In this document: positions 1-9,736 of the stretch, piece after piece
Layout: the number at the start of each line of letters is the position of its first letter
How positions within the stretch are numbered: the stretch's first letter is position 1
Source of the DNA: an uncultured Gammaproteobacteria bacterium
GTDB lineage: Bacteria; Patescibacteriota; Patescibacteriia; CAZSQN01
Direction: 5' to 3'
DNA: 64,000 bases
NCBI GenBank assembly: GCA_964609095.1
Contig: CAZSQN010000001.1
Coordinates: forward strand, 278,117-342,116
Notes under the pieces: generated by a model
What the model was told of the DNA's origin: nothing
What the model saw: the letters and a program-made list of their open reading frames with translations, nothing else
Database searches by the model: none
Position numbers and translations under genes: made by a program

Positions 1-488
1 CCGTAGGGGTTTTCGCAAACAGAGGAAAGAGGGGAAAAGGAAATCTGCGCGATAGGCATCATATAATAAAGTTTAACAGGCAGACGGCCGATGTTGTGAA
101 GCTCCAAAGTCATATTCAGGCGATTTCCCGGGTCCAGGTATCCGGCTGTGGCGTGGATGATTATTCCCAGCCGCCCCAGCGAACTTTTTCCCTCCAGCCG
201 TCCGACAACATCATTGCTAACGCCGATTTCCTCAAAAGTAACGCCCAAGGCGAATTCTCCCGGGTGCAGAATAAAAGGATGGGTTTCGTCTATATCCACC
301 CGGCGCATAAGGGAGTCAATGGGCTCTTTCACGTCTATGCAGGCATGATTGGTGTGGTCAAAGACCAAAAAACCTTTTCCCAAGTGCAGGTCTATGGATG
401 CCGGCTGGATTGAGTTAGGCAGGAGCGGATTAACGGAAATACGCCCGGAAGCCAGATATTTTTTTATGTCGGCGTCGGAGAAAATCAT
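1..488 (-). CDS. dcd: dCTP deaminase, partial: start codon at 488, 3' end runs off the window edge
   Basis: Manual translation of the minus strand from the ATG at 488 gives MIFSDADIKKYLASGRISVNPLLPNSIQPASIDLHLGKGFLVFDHT...HPGEFALGVTFEEIGVSNDVVGRLEGKSSLGRLGIIIHATAGYLDPG, a typical Dcd/dUTPase-fold sequence. It is absent from the ORF track because no stop codon lies inside the window. Confidence 0.8.
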   Translation of the reverse strand, partial: MIFSDADIKKYLASGRISVNPLLPNSIQPASIDLHLGKGFLVFDHTNHACIDVKEPIDSLMRRVDIDETHPFILHPGEFALGVTFEEIGVSNDVVGRLEGKSSLGRLGIIIHATAGYLDPGNRLNMTLELHNIGRLPVKLYYMMPIAQISFSPLSSVCENPY

Positions 489-540
489 ACTTTTTAGCGT
501 ATAGGGTTTAGGGTTTAGTTTTTCTCATTAACTTTAACAA

Positions 541-577
541 AAAACATCCCGATGCGCAATCGGGATGTTTTTTTGTT
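541..577 (-). terminator. Rho-independent terminator (bidirectional hairpin) after rplA
   Basis: The sequence is aaaaacatcccgatgcgcaatcgggatgttttttt: a GC stem, a 6-nt loop, and T-runs on both strands, located just downstream of the rplA stop at 582. Confidence 0.7.
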
Positions 578-581
578 TATG

Positions 582-1265
582 TTAGTTTGTTTGGATTCGT
601 ACCGCCGGGCTCATGGATGATGCAAGCGCGGCATTTTTGATGTAGACGCCTTTGGCCGTCGGAGGTTTTGCCCGTTTAATCGCGTCTAAAACCGTATTCA
701 GGTTTTGAAGCAGGTTCTCTGAAGGATTGGAAAGCTTGCCAATGGCGACATGGATATTTGCTCCGTCGTCGTTTTTTAAAGTAATCTTGCCCTTTTTAAG
801 CTCCTCCACCATTTTTTTGACATTCGCGCCAACGGTATCTGTTTTGGGGTTTGGCATCAAACCCTTGGGGCCGAGGATTTTGGCCACTTTAGCCAGTTTG
901 GGCATCATATCAGGCGTGGCCACCGCGACGTCAAAATTTATTTTTTCCGTTTTGGCGATTTCCGCAATAAGTTCTTCGCCGCCCGCTATCTCCGCGCCGG
1001 CTTCCTTGGCGTCTTTTTCCTTGTCCGCTCCGACAAAAGCGGCAATTCGTTTTGATTTTCCAGCGGCATGAGGCATGGTTATTGTCACGCGCACAAGCTG
1101 TTCGCCTTTGGTCGGGTCAATGCCCAACTTCAGATGCAAATCCACGCTTGGGTCAAATTTTACCGTCTTTGTTTTTTTAACTAAATCAATCGCTTCTTCA
1201 AGCGAATATAATTTTTTTGGATCCACAAGTTTTTTCATTTCAAGATATTTTTTTCCGTGCGCCAT
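582..1265 (-). CDS. rplA: 50S ribosomal protein L1
   Basis: The 227-aa translation (MAHGKKYLEMKK...) has typical L1 sequence and sits in the conserved secE-nusG-rplK-rplA gene order. Confidence 0.95.
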   Translation of the reverse strand: MAHGKKYLEMKKLVDPKKLYSLEEAIDLVKKTKTVKFDPSVDLHLKLGIDPTKGEQLVRVTITMPHAAGKSKRIAAFVGADKEKDAKEAGAEIAGGEELIAEIAKTEKINFDVAVATPDMMPKLAKVAKILGPKGLMPNPKTDTVGANVKKMVEELKKGKITLKNDDGANIHVAIGKLSNPSENLLQNLNTVLDAIKRAKPPTAKGVYIKNAALASSMSPAVRIQTN

Positions 1266-1390
1266 ACAATTTAAACTAAAAATTAAAATCTAAAAATTAA
1301 GAATTTTGGAGTTCGCTTTCGCTCACGATTATATAAAATAAATCGCGAAGCGATACTTTAATTTTACATTTTTCATTTTTAATTTTGAAC

Positions 1391-1819
1391 TTAACCCTCA
1401 ACTACTTCCAGCCCCATCTGCCGCGCGGTGCCTTCAATGGTCCGCATAGCCGCGGAAACATCGGTCGTGTTTAGGTCGGGCATCTTTTTGAGGGCGATTT
1501 CACGCACTAAACTGCGTTTTATTTTGCCGACTTTTTCCTGCAGGGGCTTGCCCGAGCCCTTTTCCAGCTTGGCGGCTTTTTTGAGCAATTCCGAAGCCGG
1601 TGGGGTCTTCATGACAAAAGTAAACGTGCGGTCTTCGTAAACAGTGATGACCACCGGAATAATATCGCCTCCGAGTTCTTTGGTCGCGGCGTTGAATTTG
1701 TTGACGAAATCAGAAATGTTCAAACCGTGCTGTCCCAAAGCCGGGCCAACCGGCGGCGCCGGAGTGGCCTTGCCGGCCGGAATTTGGAGTTTAATCTGCG
1801 TTTTGATTTTCTTAGCCAT
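1391..1819 (-). CDS. rplK: 50S ribosomal protein L11
   Basis: Translation [35 protein letters not shown]... is typical L11. The start was moved to the internal ATG at 1819; the longer ORF extension upstream has no homology. Confidence 0.93.
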   Translation of the reverse strand: MAKKIKTQIKLQIPAGKATPAPPVGPALGQHGLNISDFVNKFNAATKELGGDIIPVVITVYEDRTFTFVMKTPPASELLKKAAKLEKGSGKPLQEKVGKIKRSLVREIALKKMPDLNTTDVSAAMRTIEGTARQMGLEVVEG

Positions 1820-1907
1820 ACATTTGAGCTGTAAAGCCGTAATCGCTTGCGCTAGCTTTAAAGCTTTAAGGCTTTTTACGGCTAACGAAGTGATTGTGGC
1901 CGAAAGT

Positions 1908-2453
1908 TTATAATTTTTTAATCTGCAGGAAATCAAGTTCAACGGGGGTTTCTCTGCCGAACATGGATACCAGCACTTTAACCTTCCCGCGCTCTTCGTC
2001 AATTTCCGAAACTTTGCCCTCAAAATCCTTAAACGGCCCGTCAACAATTTTTACAGGATCATTGGCGCTTATGTCAATCTTATATTGCGGCTCGGCCACG
2101 CCCATTCTTTTTTGCAGATTCTTAACTTCCTCGTCGGAAAGCGGAGTAGGGATGGTGCCGGTGCCGATAAAACCGGTGACATTCGGGGTGTTTCGCACCA
2201 CATACCAGGAGTCGTCGGTGACGATCATCTCCACCAAGACATAACCCGGAAAGATTTTTTCTTCAATCGTGCGGCGTTTGCCGTTTTTAATCTTAATCTT
2301 CCTTTCCGTCGGAATCATGATATTAAAAATCTTATCCTCCATGCCCATGGATTCAATGCGCGTTTTAAGGTTGCTGGCCACGTTTTCTTCGTAGCCGGAA
2401 TAAGTATGGATGGTGTACCAGCGACGGCCCCGTTTGTCTATTTGTTTAGGCAT
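1908..2453 (-). CDS. nusG: Transcription termination/antitermination factor NusG
   Basis: The 181-aa protein has an NGN domain followed by a KOW domain, and lies in the conserved position between secE and rplK. Confidence 0.9.
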   Translation of the reverse strand: MPKQIDKRGRRWYTIHTYSGYEENVASNLKTRIESMGMEDKIFNIMIPTERKIKIKNGKRRTIEEKIFPGYVLVEMIVTDDSWYVVRNTPNVTGFIGTGTIPTPLSDEEVKNLQKRMGVAEPQYKIDISANDPVKIVDGPFKDFEGKVSEIDEERGKVKVLVSMFGRETPVELDFLQIKKL

Positions 2454-2523
2454 ACTTTTTGATAGGGTAAAGGGTTTAGCGTTTAGGGTTTAGGAATTAA
2501 CCAGATTTTATTTAATTAAACGC

Positions 2524-2712
2524 TCAACGCGTTATGAGTTTTTCCACGCCCAGCGCGAGTAGGTAATCCAAAACGCCAAAAAATATCGCCACTCCCAAAC
2601 TGATGCCGATAACAAGCAGGGTATGATTGGCTGCTTCGCGCCGCGTGGGCCAAGTGACTTTTTTAAGCTCCGTTTTTGATTCTTTAAAGTAATTAACCAA
2701 TTTATTAAACAT
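2524..2712 (-). CDS. secE: Preprotein translocase subunit SecE
   Basis: A short protein with a single C-terminal TM helix (TLLVIGISLGVAIFFGVLDYLLAL), immediately upstream of nusG. The start was set to the internal Met (MFNKLVNYFKESK). Confidence 0.8.
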   Translation of the reverse strand: MFNKLVNYFKESKTELKKVTWPTRREAANHTLLVIGISLGVAIFFGVLDYLLALGVEKLITR

Positions 2713-2915
2713 ATAACTTGAAGCATGAAGCATGTTGTTTGAAGCCGTAAAAATGTTTCAGGCCTCGTGTTTCACGTTTCATGAGGTCTTGGTTTTTAAA
2801 AGACCCCGGGCGGGGTCAAATATTCATTTATATTAAAACTATACACCCATGTTGACCGCCTGTCAAGGGCATTGTAAGATAGCCGCAGTTCCTATAAAAA
2901 ATAAAGGAGATACAG

Positions 2916-3407
2916 ATGAAGTATGTGTTGGGTATGGCGGCCGTTATTTTATTTTCTTTTTCTCTGTCGCTGGCTGATGAACCGCCGGTAAGCAGATATG
3001 CCGGGGTGTGCGCCAGACGCTGCCGGAGCAGAACGAATTCCATAATTGACGCCACGGTTGTCCATACGGTTTTAAGGAAACGTACGCGCGAAAAAGTATA
3101 CCTTTTAAGCACGGGTAATTCTGAAGTAAACGCGCCGGCAGTTGTCTGCGGGTGCGAATCGCGCTTAGTGCGGCATCGCACTCGCGCCGACCGCGAGAAT
3201 ACTGCCCTTCTTGCGCGCGAATGCAACGATCTTTGCCGCGCCGGTACGCGCCTTTACCCCGACGTTTTAATTGTCAGTCCTGACGGCAGCGAGCACAGAG
3301 AAAGTGTCGGAATTCTGCAGTACGAATCGCCGATCGCCTGTTTGTGTACCGGCATTCCGGTGGATGTCCTACCGCCGGTTCCGCCCAGGCGGCATCCGGA
3401 GAGATAA
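2916..3407 (+). CDS. Secreted Cys-rich repeat protein (two internal repeats), hypothetical
   Basis: It has a strong SD (aaaggagatacagATG), a signal peptide, and a C-x3-C...DGSE-H...SP-x2-C-x-C repeat unit. It lies in a local GC-rich islet. Confidence 0.6.
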   Translation: MKYVLGMAAVILFSFSLSLADEPPVSRYAGVCARRCRSRTNSIIDATVVHTVLRKRTREKVYLLSTGNSEVNAPAVVCGCESRLVRHRTRADRENTALLARECNDLCRAGTRLYPDVLIVSPDGSEHRESVGILQYESPIACLCTGIPVDVLPPVPPRRHPER

Positions 3408-3408
3408 G

Positions 3409-3624
3409 ATGCGTTTTCTCGCCGCCATTGGGTTTGTTTTGATTTTTTGCGGTTGCGGAGCCGCGGTTACGCGTCAAGAGTACCGTTCCTGGAGAAGCGT
3501 TTGCGCCGCCGAGTGCCGCGACAGCCCGCGCGATGTGTGCATTTTGGAGCAGGACGGAAGCGAGTCCCATACCAGAATCGCCATCATTACTATTTCTCCT
3601 CCTTATGTTTGCAGATGCGAATGA
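3409..3624 (+). CDS. Cys-rich lipoprotein, paralogue of the C-terminal repeat of the upstream gene
   Basis: The ATG lies 2 nt after the upstream stop. It has a lipobox-like LIFCGC motif, and DVCILEQDGSESHTRIAIITISPPYVCRC aligns with DVLIVSPDGSEHRESVGILQYESPIACLC of the upstream protein. Confidence 0.55.
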   Translation: MRFLAAIGFVLIFCGCGAAVTRQEYRSWRSVCAAECRDSPRDVCILEQDGSESHTRIAIITISPPYVCRCE

Positions 3625-3628
3625 AATT

Positions 3629-3656
3629 GACCCCGACGAAGTAGTCGGGGTTTTTC
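3629..3656 (+). terminator. Rho-independent terminator
   Basis: The sequence is gaccccgacgaagtagtcggggttttt: a GC hairpin followed by a T-run. Confidence 0.7.
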
Positions 3657-3730
3657 TTTCCACAGTATTAATTTGCCAGCAAGCACATATTGTATTAAAA
3701 TTTTAACGCCATAAGCAAACGGAGAAAAAC

Positions 3731-4525
3731 ATGAAACAATATTTGGACACCTTGCGGCTCATTTTGGAGCAGGGAAACAAGCGCGGCGACCGCACCGGCG
3801 TCGGCACTATTAGTTATTTTGGTCCACAGATGCGGTTTGACCTTTCGGAAGGATTCCCAATTATTACGACCAAGAAAGTCGCGATGCGCCTTGTGATTGA
3901 GGAGCTCCTCTGGATGCTCCGCGGTGAAACCAATGTGAAACCGCTTCAAGAAAAAAATGTCCATATTTGGGATGAGTGGGCAGACGAAAATGGGGAGCTT
4001 GGTCCTGTTTACGGAGCCCAGTGGCGAAGTTGGCCATGCATTGATGGACGCAAGATTGATCAAATCTCCGATGTTGTCAGCCGCATCAAAAGCAAACCCA
4101 CTGACAGACGGCTGATTGTTTGCGCTTGGAATGTGGAGCACATTCCGCAAATGAAGCTTCCGCCTTGCCATGCGTTCTTCCAGTTTTACGTTGCCGATGG
4201 CAAGCTCTCCTTAAAGCTCTACCAGCGGAGCGCGGATATGTTCCTTGGTGTGCCCTTTAACATTTCTTCTTACGCGCTTCTTACCATGATGGTGGCGCAG
4301 GTTACGGGACTCGCGCCTGGCGAATTCGTGCACACTTTCGGCGATGCGCATGTTTACCTGAATCATTTGGAGCAGGTTAATCTTCAGCTCTCGCGCGAGC
4401 CGCGGTCTTTGCCGCAGATGAAAATCAATCCGGAGGTAAAAGATATTTTCGGATTTAAGACCGAGGACTTTGAGCTTACGGGCTACGACCCGTATCCCGC
4501 AATCAAAGCGGAGGTGGCGGTATGA
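3731..4525 (+). CDS. thyA: Thymidylate synthase
   Basis: The 264-aa protein has canonical ThyA motifs, including the catalytic Cys region ([12 protein letters not shown]). Confidence 0.95.
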   Translation: MKQYLDTLRLILEQGNKRGDRTGVGTISYFGPQMRFDLSEGFPIITTKKVAMRLVIEELLWMLRGETNVKPLQEKNVHIWDEWADENGELGPVYGAQWRSWPCIDGRKIDQISDVVSRIKSKPTDRRLIVCAWNVEHIPQMKLPPCHAFFQFYVADGKLSLKLYQRSADMFLGVPFNISSYALLTMMVAQVTGLAPGEFVHTFGDAHVYLNHLEQVNLQLSREPRSLPQMKINPEVKDIFGFKTEDFELTGYDPYPAIKAEVAV

Positions 4526-5007
4526 TTTACATTATCGCGGCAATGGGCAGAAACCGCGTGATTGGCAAGGACGGCAAATTGCCTTGGCGCCTGCCGGCTG
4601 ACCTCAAGCATTTTAAGGAAATGACGACCAACAATACGGTGGTCATGGGACGGAGGACTTATGAGTCCATTGGCAGACGATTGCCCGATAGGAGAAATAT
4701 TGTCATCAGCACGCGAAAAGATTTAATCGCGCCGGGCTGTTTGGTTGTACCGAGTTTTGAAGCCGCGCTTGCTAACATCTTTCCGGCAGAGATTGCTTTT
4801 TGCATCGGAGGCAGCCGCGTTTACCAAGACGCTCTGCCTTTGGCCGAGAAGATGTACCTTACGGAAATTGACGCGGAATTTGACGGCGATGTTTTTTTCC
4901 CGGAGTTTAATTACGATGAGTGGAAGGAAGTAAGCCGGGAGCCACACGAGCCGGACGAGAAAAATCCTCACGCGTATGATTTTGTTGTTTACGAAAGGAG
5001 AGAGTGA
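4522..5007 (+). CDS. folA: Dihydrofolate reductase
   Basis: The start overlaps the thyA stop in an ATGA overlap. The N-terminus [32 protein letters not shown] is typical DHFR. Confidence 0.93.
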   Translation: MIYIIAAMGRNRVIGKDGKLPWRLPADLKHFKEMTTNNTVVMGRRTYESIGRRLPDRRNIVISTRKDLIAPGCLVVPSFEAALANIFPAEIAFCIGGSRVYQDALPLAEKMYLTEIDAEFDGDVFFPEFNYDEWKEVSREPHEPDEKNPHAYDFVVYERRE

Positions 5008-5174
5008 TGTCAATTTGCGATAGGACTTTCGGCATCAGCGTTGTTTGCAAGCATTGCGGCGGAAGAATGATTGTTCATAAATGCTTTAGGCACAATCCGA
5101 AAATTCCCGCAAAATGCCCTCATTGCGGCAAGAGGAATTGGGTCAAGCTCAAGAAAAAGCAAAACCGAGCTTAA
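5007..5174 (+). CDS. Small zinc-ribbon protein (55 aa, two CxxC pairs)
   Basis: Its ATG overlaps the folA stop (TGATG). Translation is [55 protein letters not shown], and a terminator follows. It is below the 60-aa cut-off of the ORF track. Confidence 0.5.
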   Translation: MSICDRTFGISVVCKHCGGRMIVHKCFRHNPKIPAKCPHCGKRNWVKLKKKQNRA

Positions 5175-5185
5175 TCGCTCGGCCT

Positions 5186-5225
5186 GCCCCGCATAGAGCC
5201 ATGCTCTTGTGCGGGGCTCTTTTTA
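5186..5225 (+). terminator. Rho-independent terminator
   Basis: The sequence is gccccgca...tgcggggc followed by ctcttttt. Confidence 0.7.
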
Positions 5226-5284
5226 TGAAGTGTTGTTATATATCCCGCTAACATTGCATACCATGGATAATGGGATAGGGCCGC

Positions 5285-5340
5285 TTGACATTGAGTAGAG
5301 ATTATGTTAATCTTTTTCTGCCCTTTTAAAACCGAAAGGA
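5285..5340 (+). promoter_or_regulatory. Sigma70-like promoter (TTGACA-17-TAATCT) plus conserved 5'UTR/SD module, copy 1
   Basis: -35 TTGACA is at 5285-5290 and -10 TAATCT at 5308-5313. It is followed by tttttctgcccttttaaaaccgaaaggaag, which is about 90% identical to the module at 5950-6008. Confidence 0.6.
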
Positions 5341-5348
5341 AGTGTGCG

Positions 5349-5687
5349 ATGCTCAAGTCCACTAAGGCTTTGGTAAAGGCACTGGTGCGGTGGTTGCTTA
5401 TTGTGATTTGCGGCACTGTTTTGGTGGTTGTCGGCGGCGGTTACCTTTTTACTCCGCGCATTGACGCACATCTGCCGTTGCGTACGGCAGAAACCTTTGG
5501 CTATACCGACCCGGGATTTGTTGCGGGAGGAAGTTTCGGGTCTGCGTATTCCGGCTGTGGCGCTGGTGAGGCCGCCTTTGACATGAGGGCAACTAATCCG
5601 GCAGGCAGGCGTGTTACTGTTCTTGCTTGTTGCCGTTCCGGCGGATGGCTGGTCGGACAGGCATCTTGCGAAATCAGAGGTAAGTAA
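5349..5687 (+). CDS. Small membrane-anchored protein, hypothetical (112 aa)
   Basis: The SD aaaggaag precedes the ATG at 5349. The N-terminal TM helix is LLIVICGTVLVVVGGGYLF. The longer ORF-track start is just a translation of the leader. Confidence 0.55.
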   Translation: MLKSTKALVKALVRWLLIVICGTVLVVVGGGYLFTPRIDAHLPLRTAETFGYTDPGFVAGGSFGSAYSGCGAGEAAFDMRATNPAGRRVTVLACCRSGGWLVGQASCEIRGK

Positions 5688-5694
5688 TTTTTAA

Positions 5695-5727
5695 AACCGA
5701 GTCTCTAAAGGCTCGGTTCTTTTTTTA
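5695..5727 (+). terminator. Rho-independent terminator, copy 1 of a duplicated terminator
   Basis: The sequence is aaccgagtctctaaaggctcggttcttttttt. The same hairpin recurs at 6546-6574. Confidence 0.75.
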
Positions 5728-5839
5728 CTTGGAGGTGAGGGGATTTGCACCCCCAGGATCATGAATGGTAAGTCAGATCCCGCACTACACCACCCCCAAG
5801 CTTGGATAGTGTAGCATAATTTTGCCCACATGCAATAAA

Positions 5840-5946
5840 TTGACAAAAATCAGTTGTTGTGTTATCTTCATAATAGATGGTAAGTCAGATCCGTACTACA
5901 TAGGATCCGCGCAAAACCGTTCTGAAAGGGGCGGTTTTGCTTTTGG
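5840..5946 (+). ncRNA. Candidate small RNA transcription unit (promoter to terminator)
   Basis: -35 TTGACA is at 5840-5845 with a -10 region at about 5863-5873. A roughly 65-nt body contains the motif ATGGTAAGTCAGATCC-N3-ACTACA, also present at 5764-5790. A terminator follows: gcaaaaccg...cggttttgc then ttttgg. Confidence 0.4.
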
Positions 5947-5949
5947 TCT

Positions 5950-6008
5950 ATGACAGATTGTAAAAATTTTGTTAATCTCTTTTTGCTCTTTAAAAACCGA
6001 AAGGAGAA
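5950..6008 (+). promoter_or_regulatory. Promoter (ATGACA-17-TAATCT) plus conserved 5'UTR/SD module, copy 2
   Basis: -10 TAATCT is at 5973-5978, followed by ctttttgctctttaaaaaccgaaaggagaaag. Confidence 0.6.
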
Positions 6009-6013
6009 AGCCG

Positions 6014-6250
6014 ATGATTGAGCAGATCGGAATTTTCAGCGCAAACGCGACTGAGACCGCTTGGGGAGGGTTTCAAGATATTGTCAACGATTTTTTGGCG
6101 AAGAAAAATAACGACGGCGAATATAAGCAAATCTCGCGCGTCTTCCAAAACGTTGATGACGACGGTTATGTCATCCTCACTATCTTTTACCAATGGGTGA
6201 AAGGGCCGCCGAATCTGGGCCCGTTCCGCACCGCGCCGGGAGGGGAGTAG
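6014..6250 (+). CDS. Small hypothetical protein (78 aa)
   Basis: The SD aaaggagaaag precedes the ATG at 6014, giving MIEQIGIFSANATETAWGGFQDIVNDFL... Confidence 0.55.
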   Translation: MIEQIGIFSANATETAWGGFQDIVNDFLAKKNNDGEYKQISRVFQNVDDDGYVILTIFYQWVKGPPNLGPFRTAPGGE

Positions 6251-6252
6251 AA

Positions 6253-6534
6253 ATGCTCAAAAAGTCGTTTCTGCTTTTTTTGCGGCTTGTTGCCGCGGCG
6301 ATTGTCCTTACCCCGGCAGTTTTTCTGCTCTTTTGCATGGGTCTTGTGGTATATGACCTTTTTGCATATGGCTGGCAGCTGCCGCCTTTCCAGTACGGCA
6401 GAACAGAAGTTGTCTGTTATGGCGCAGGCGCAATACTTTGGATAGGAGCCGGCACCATCTTGCTTGTAATGAGCCCTCTCATCCTCGGAAAACTTTTTCC
6501 TTCTCTTGAAGGCAAAAAAGAAGGGGACAAGTAA
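6253..6534 (+). CDS. Small membrane protein (93 aa, 2-3 TM)
   Basis: The SD ggagggga precedes the ATG at 6253, 2 nt after the upstream stop. Translation is MLKKSFLLFLRLVAAAIVLTPAVFLLFCMGLVVYDLF... Confidence 0.55.
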   Translation: MLKKSFLLFLRLVAAAIVLTPAVFLLFCMGLVVYDLFAYGWQLPPFQYGRTEVVCYGAGAILWIGAGTILLVMSPLILGKLFPSLEGKKEGDK

Positions 6535-6545
6535 AGTGTTCAAAA

Positions 6546-6574
6546 AACCGAGTCTTTAAAGGCTCGGTTCTTTA
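6546..6574 (+). terminator. Rho-independent terminator, copy 2
   Basis: The sequence is aaccgagtctttaaaggctcggttcttta. Confidence 0.7.
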
Positions 6575-6596
6575 TATATTTAAATTTTTTAAATAT

Positions 6597-8790
<2,194 letters not shown>

Positions 8791-8879
8791 TTATTAGATA
8801 AACATATTTTATCAAAGAATATTTATTTATACAACCGCTTGATGCCGCCAAGACAGGATTTTGTTATAATATACGGGGT

Positions 8880-9725
8880 ATGGTTAATTTGAACATTATT
8901 AACAATCAGGCGCCGCGGGGAGGATTTGTTGAATGGATTGTTTTGAACAAGCTTTTATTAAAGCGGATAGCCAAATATTGCCTTATAGTTTTTTCAATTG
9001 TTTTTTGGAGTTATGGAATTTACGGGCTTGTTGATTGGATTCTTTTGTCCGGGCCGAAAGAAAGAATGGCCATCGCGCGGCTTCATGTGGACCTTGTCAA
9101 CTACGGGGCGCGCGAAGCGGTGCGGCCGCTGGAGGTGCGGCGCGCGAGCGTGATTTCAAACGCGCGCGGCGACGCGCTGGCGCTGATTAAAAATCCCAAC
9201 AGCCGCTGGTACGCGACCTTTGATTACAGATTTTTGATTGAAGGCGAGAGAACGGTGGCCCGCAGGGGATTTATCCTGCCCGGCGAGGAAAAATATATTT
9301 TTGATTTGGGGCTGAATTTGACGGGCAGGCCGTCGCGGGCGGCTTTGGAAATTAAAAATATAATCTGGCGCCGCATAACCCGGAGGGAAATTCCCGATTA
9401 TGACGCTTTTTTAAGCTCGCGCCTTTCTTTTGAAACAGACAAAATTTCTTACGCGCCCGCTCTGCAGGTGGCCGGAAGGACGGTAAGTCGGGCCAGTTTT
9501 GAAGTTAGTAACAATTCCGCTTTTGGCTATTTTGAGGTCCCTTTTCAGATTTTTTTGTATCGCGGCAATGTGCTTGCCGGCGTCAATCAAGCGGTCTTAA
9601 ATAATTTTGCTTCGGGCGAGACAAGGCAGGTTGACGCGACCTGGTTTGAAACCATCTCCGGAATTACAAAAGTTGAGGTCAGGCCGGATTTGAATATAAT
9701 GGACGATTCGGTTTATAAAAAATAA
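8880..9725 (+). CDS. Hypothetical membrane-anchored protein
   Basis: The 281-aa protein has an N-terminal TM helix (YCLIVFSIVFWSYGIYGLVDWILL). No recognisable family. Confidence 0.5.
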   Translation: MVNLNIINNQAPRGGFVEWIVLNKLLLKRIAKYCLIVFSIVFWSYGIYGLVDWILLSGPKERMAIARLHVDLVNYGAREAVRPLEVRRASVISNARGDALALIKNPNSRWYATFDYRFLIEGERTVARRGFILPGEEKYIFDLGLNLTGRPSRAALEIKNIIWRRITRREIPDYDAFLSSRLSFETDKISYAPALQVAGRTVSRASFEVSNNSAFGYFEVPFQIFLYRGNVLAGVNQAVLNNFASGETRQVDATWFETISGITKVEVRPDLNIMDDSVYKK

Positions 9726-9736
9726 TCTCTGTTTTT

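Noticed and set aside
96-413. A 105-aa ORF on the + strand (ORF track).
   Set aside because: It is the antisense shadow of the dcd gene on the minus strand (1-488). The dcd reading frame was verified codon by codon, and the + ORF has no recognisable features.
1266-1390. A possible ribosomal protein L1 autoregulatory leader between rplK and rplA (ttcgctttcgctcacg ... cgcgaagcgatac hairpin).
   Set aside because: Only a weak imperfect stem was seen by eye, and the canonical L1-binding motif could not be confirmed without a covariance model search. It is not reported as a feature.
2828-3663. Minus-strand ORFs 2828-3226 and 3274-3663, and overlapping + ORFs.
   Set aside because: These are GC-rich-region shadow ORFs. 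The + strand genes 2916-3407 and 3409-3624 have SDs, signal peptides and paralogy, whereas the minus-strand translations are low-complexity Arg/Ala-rich.
5731-5797. tRNA-like sequence on the minus strand: 5' GGGGGTG paired with 3' CACCTCC, plus a GGGGG-TGCAAAT-CCCCT T-arm.
   Set aside because: There is no foldable D-arm or 7-nt anticodon loop. The only internal stem (GGATC/GATCC) encloses a 15-nt loop, and the T-loop has G at position 55. So it is not called as a tRNA gene. It is kept only as part of the sRNA-locus finding.
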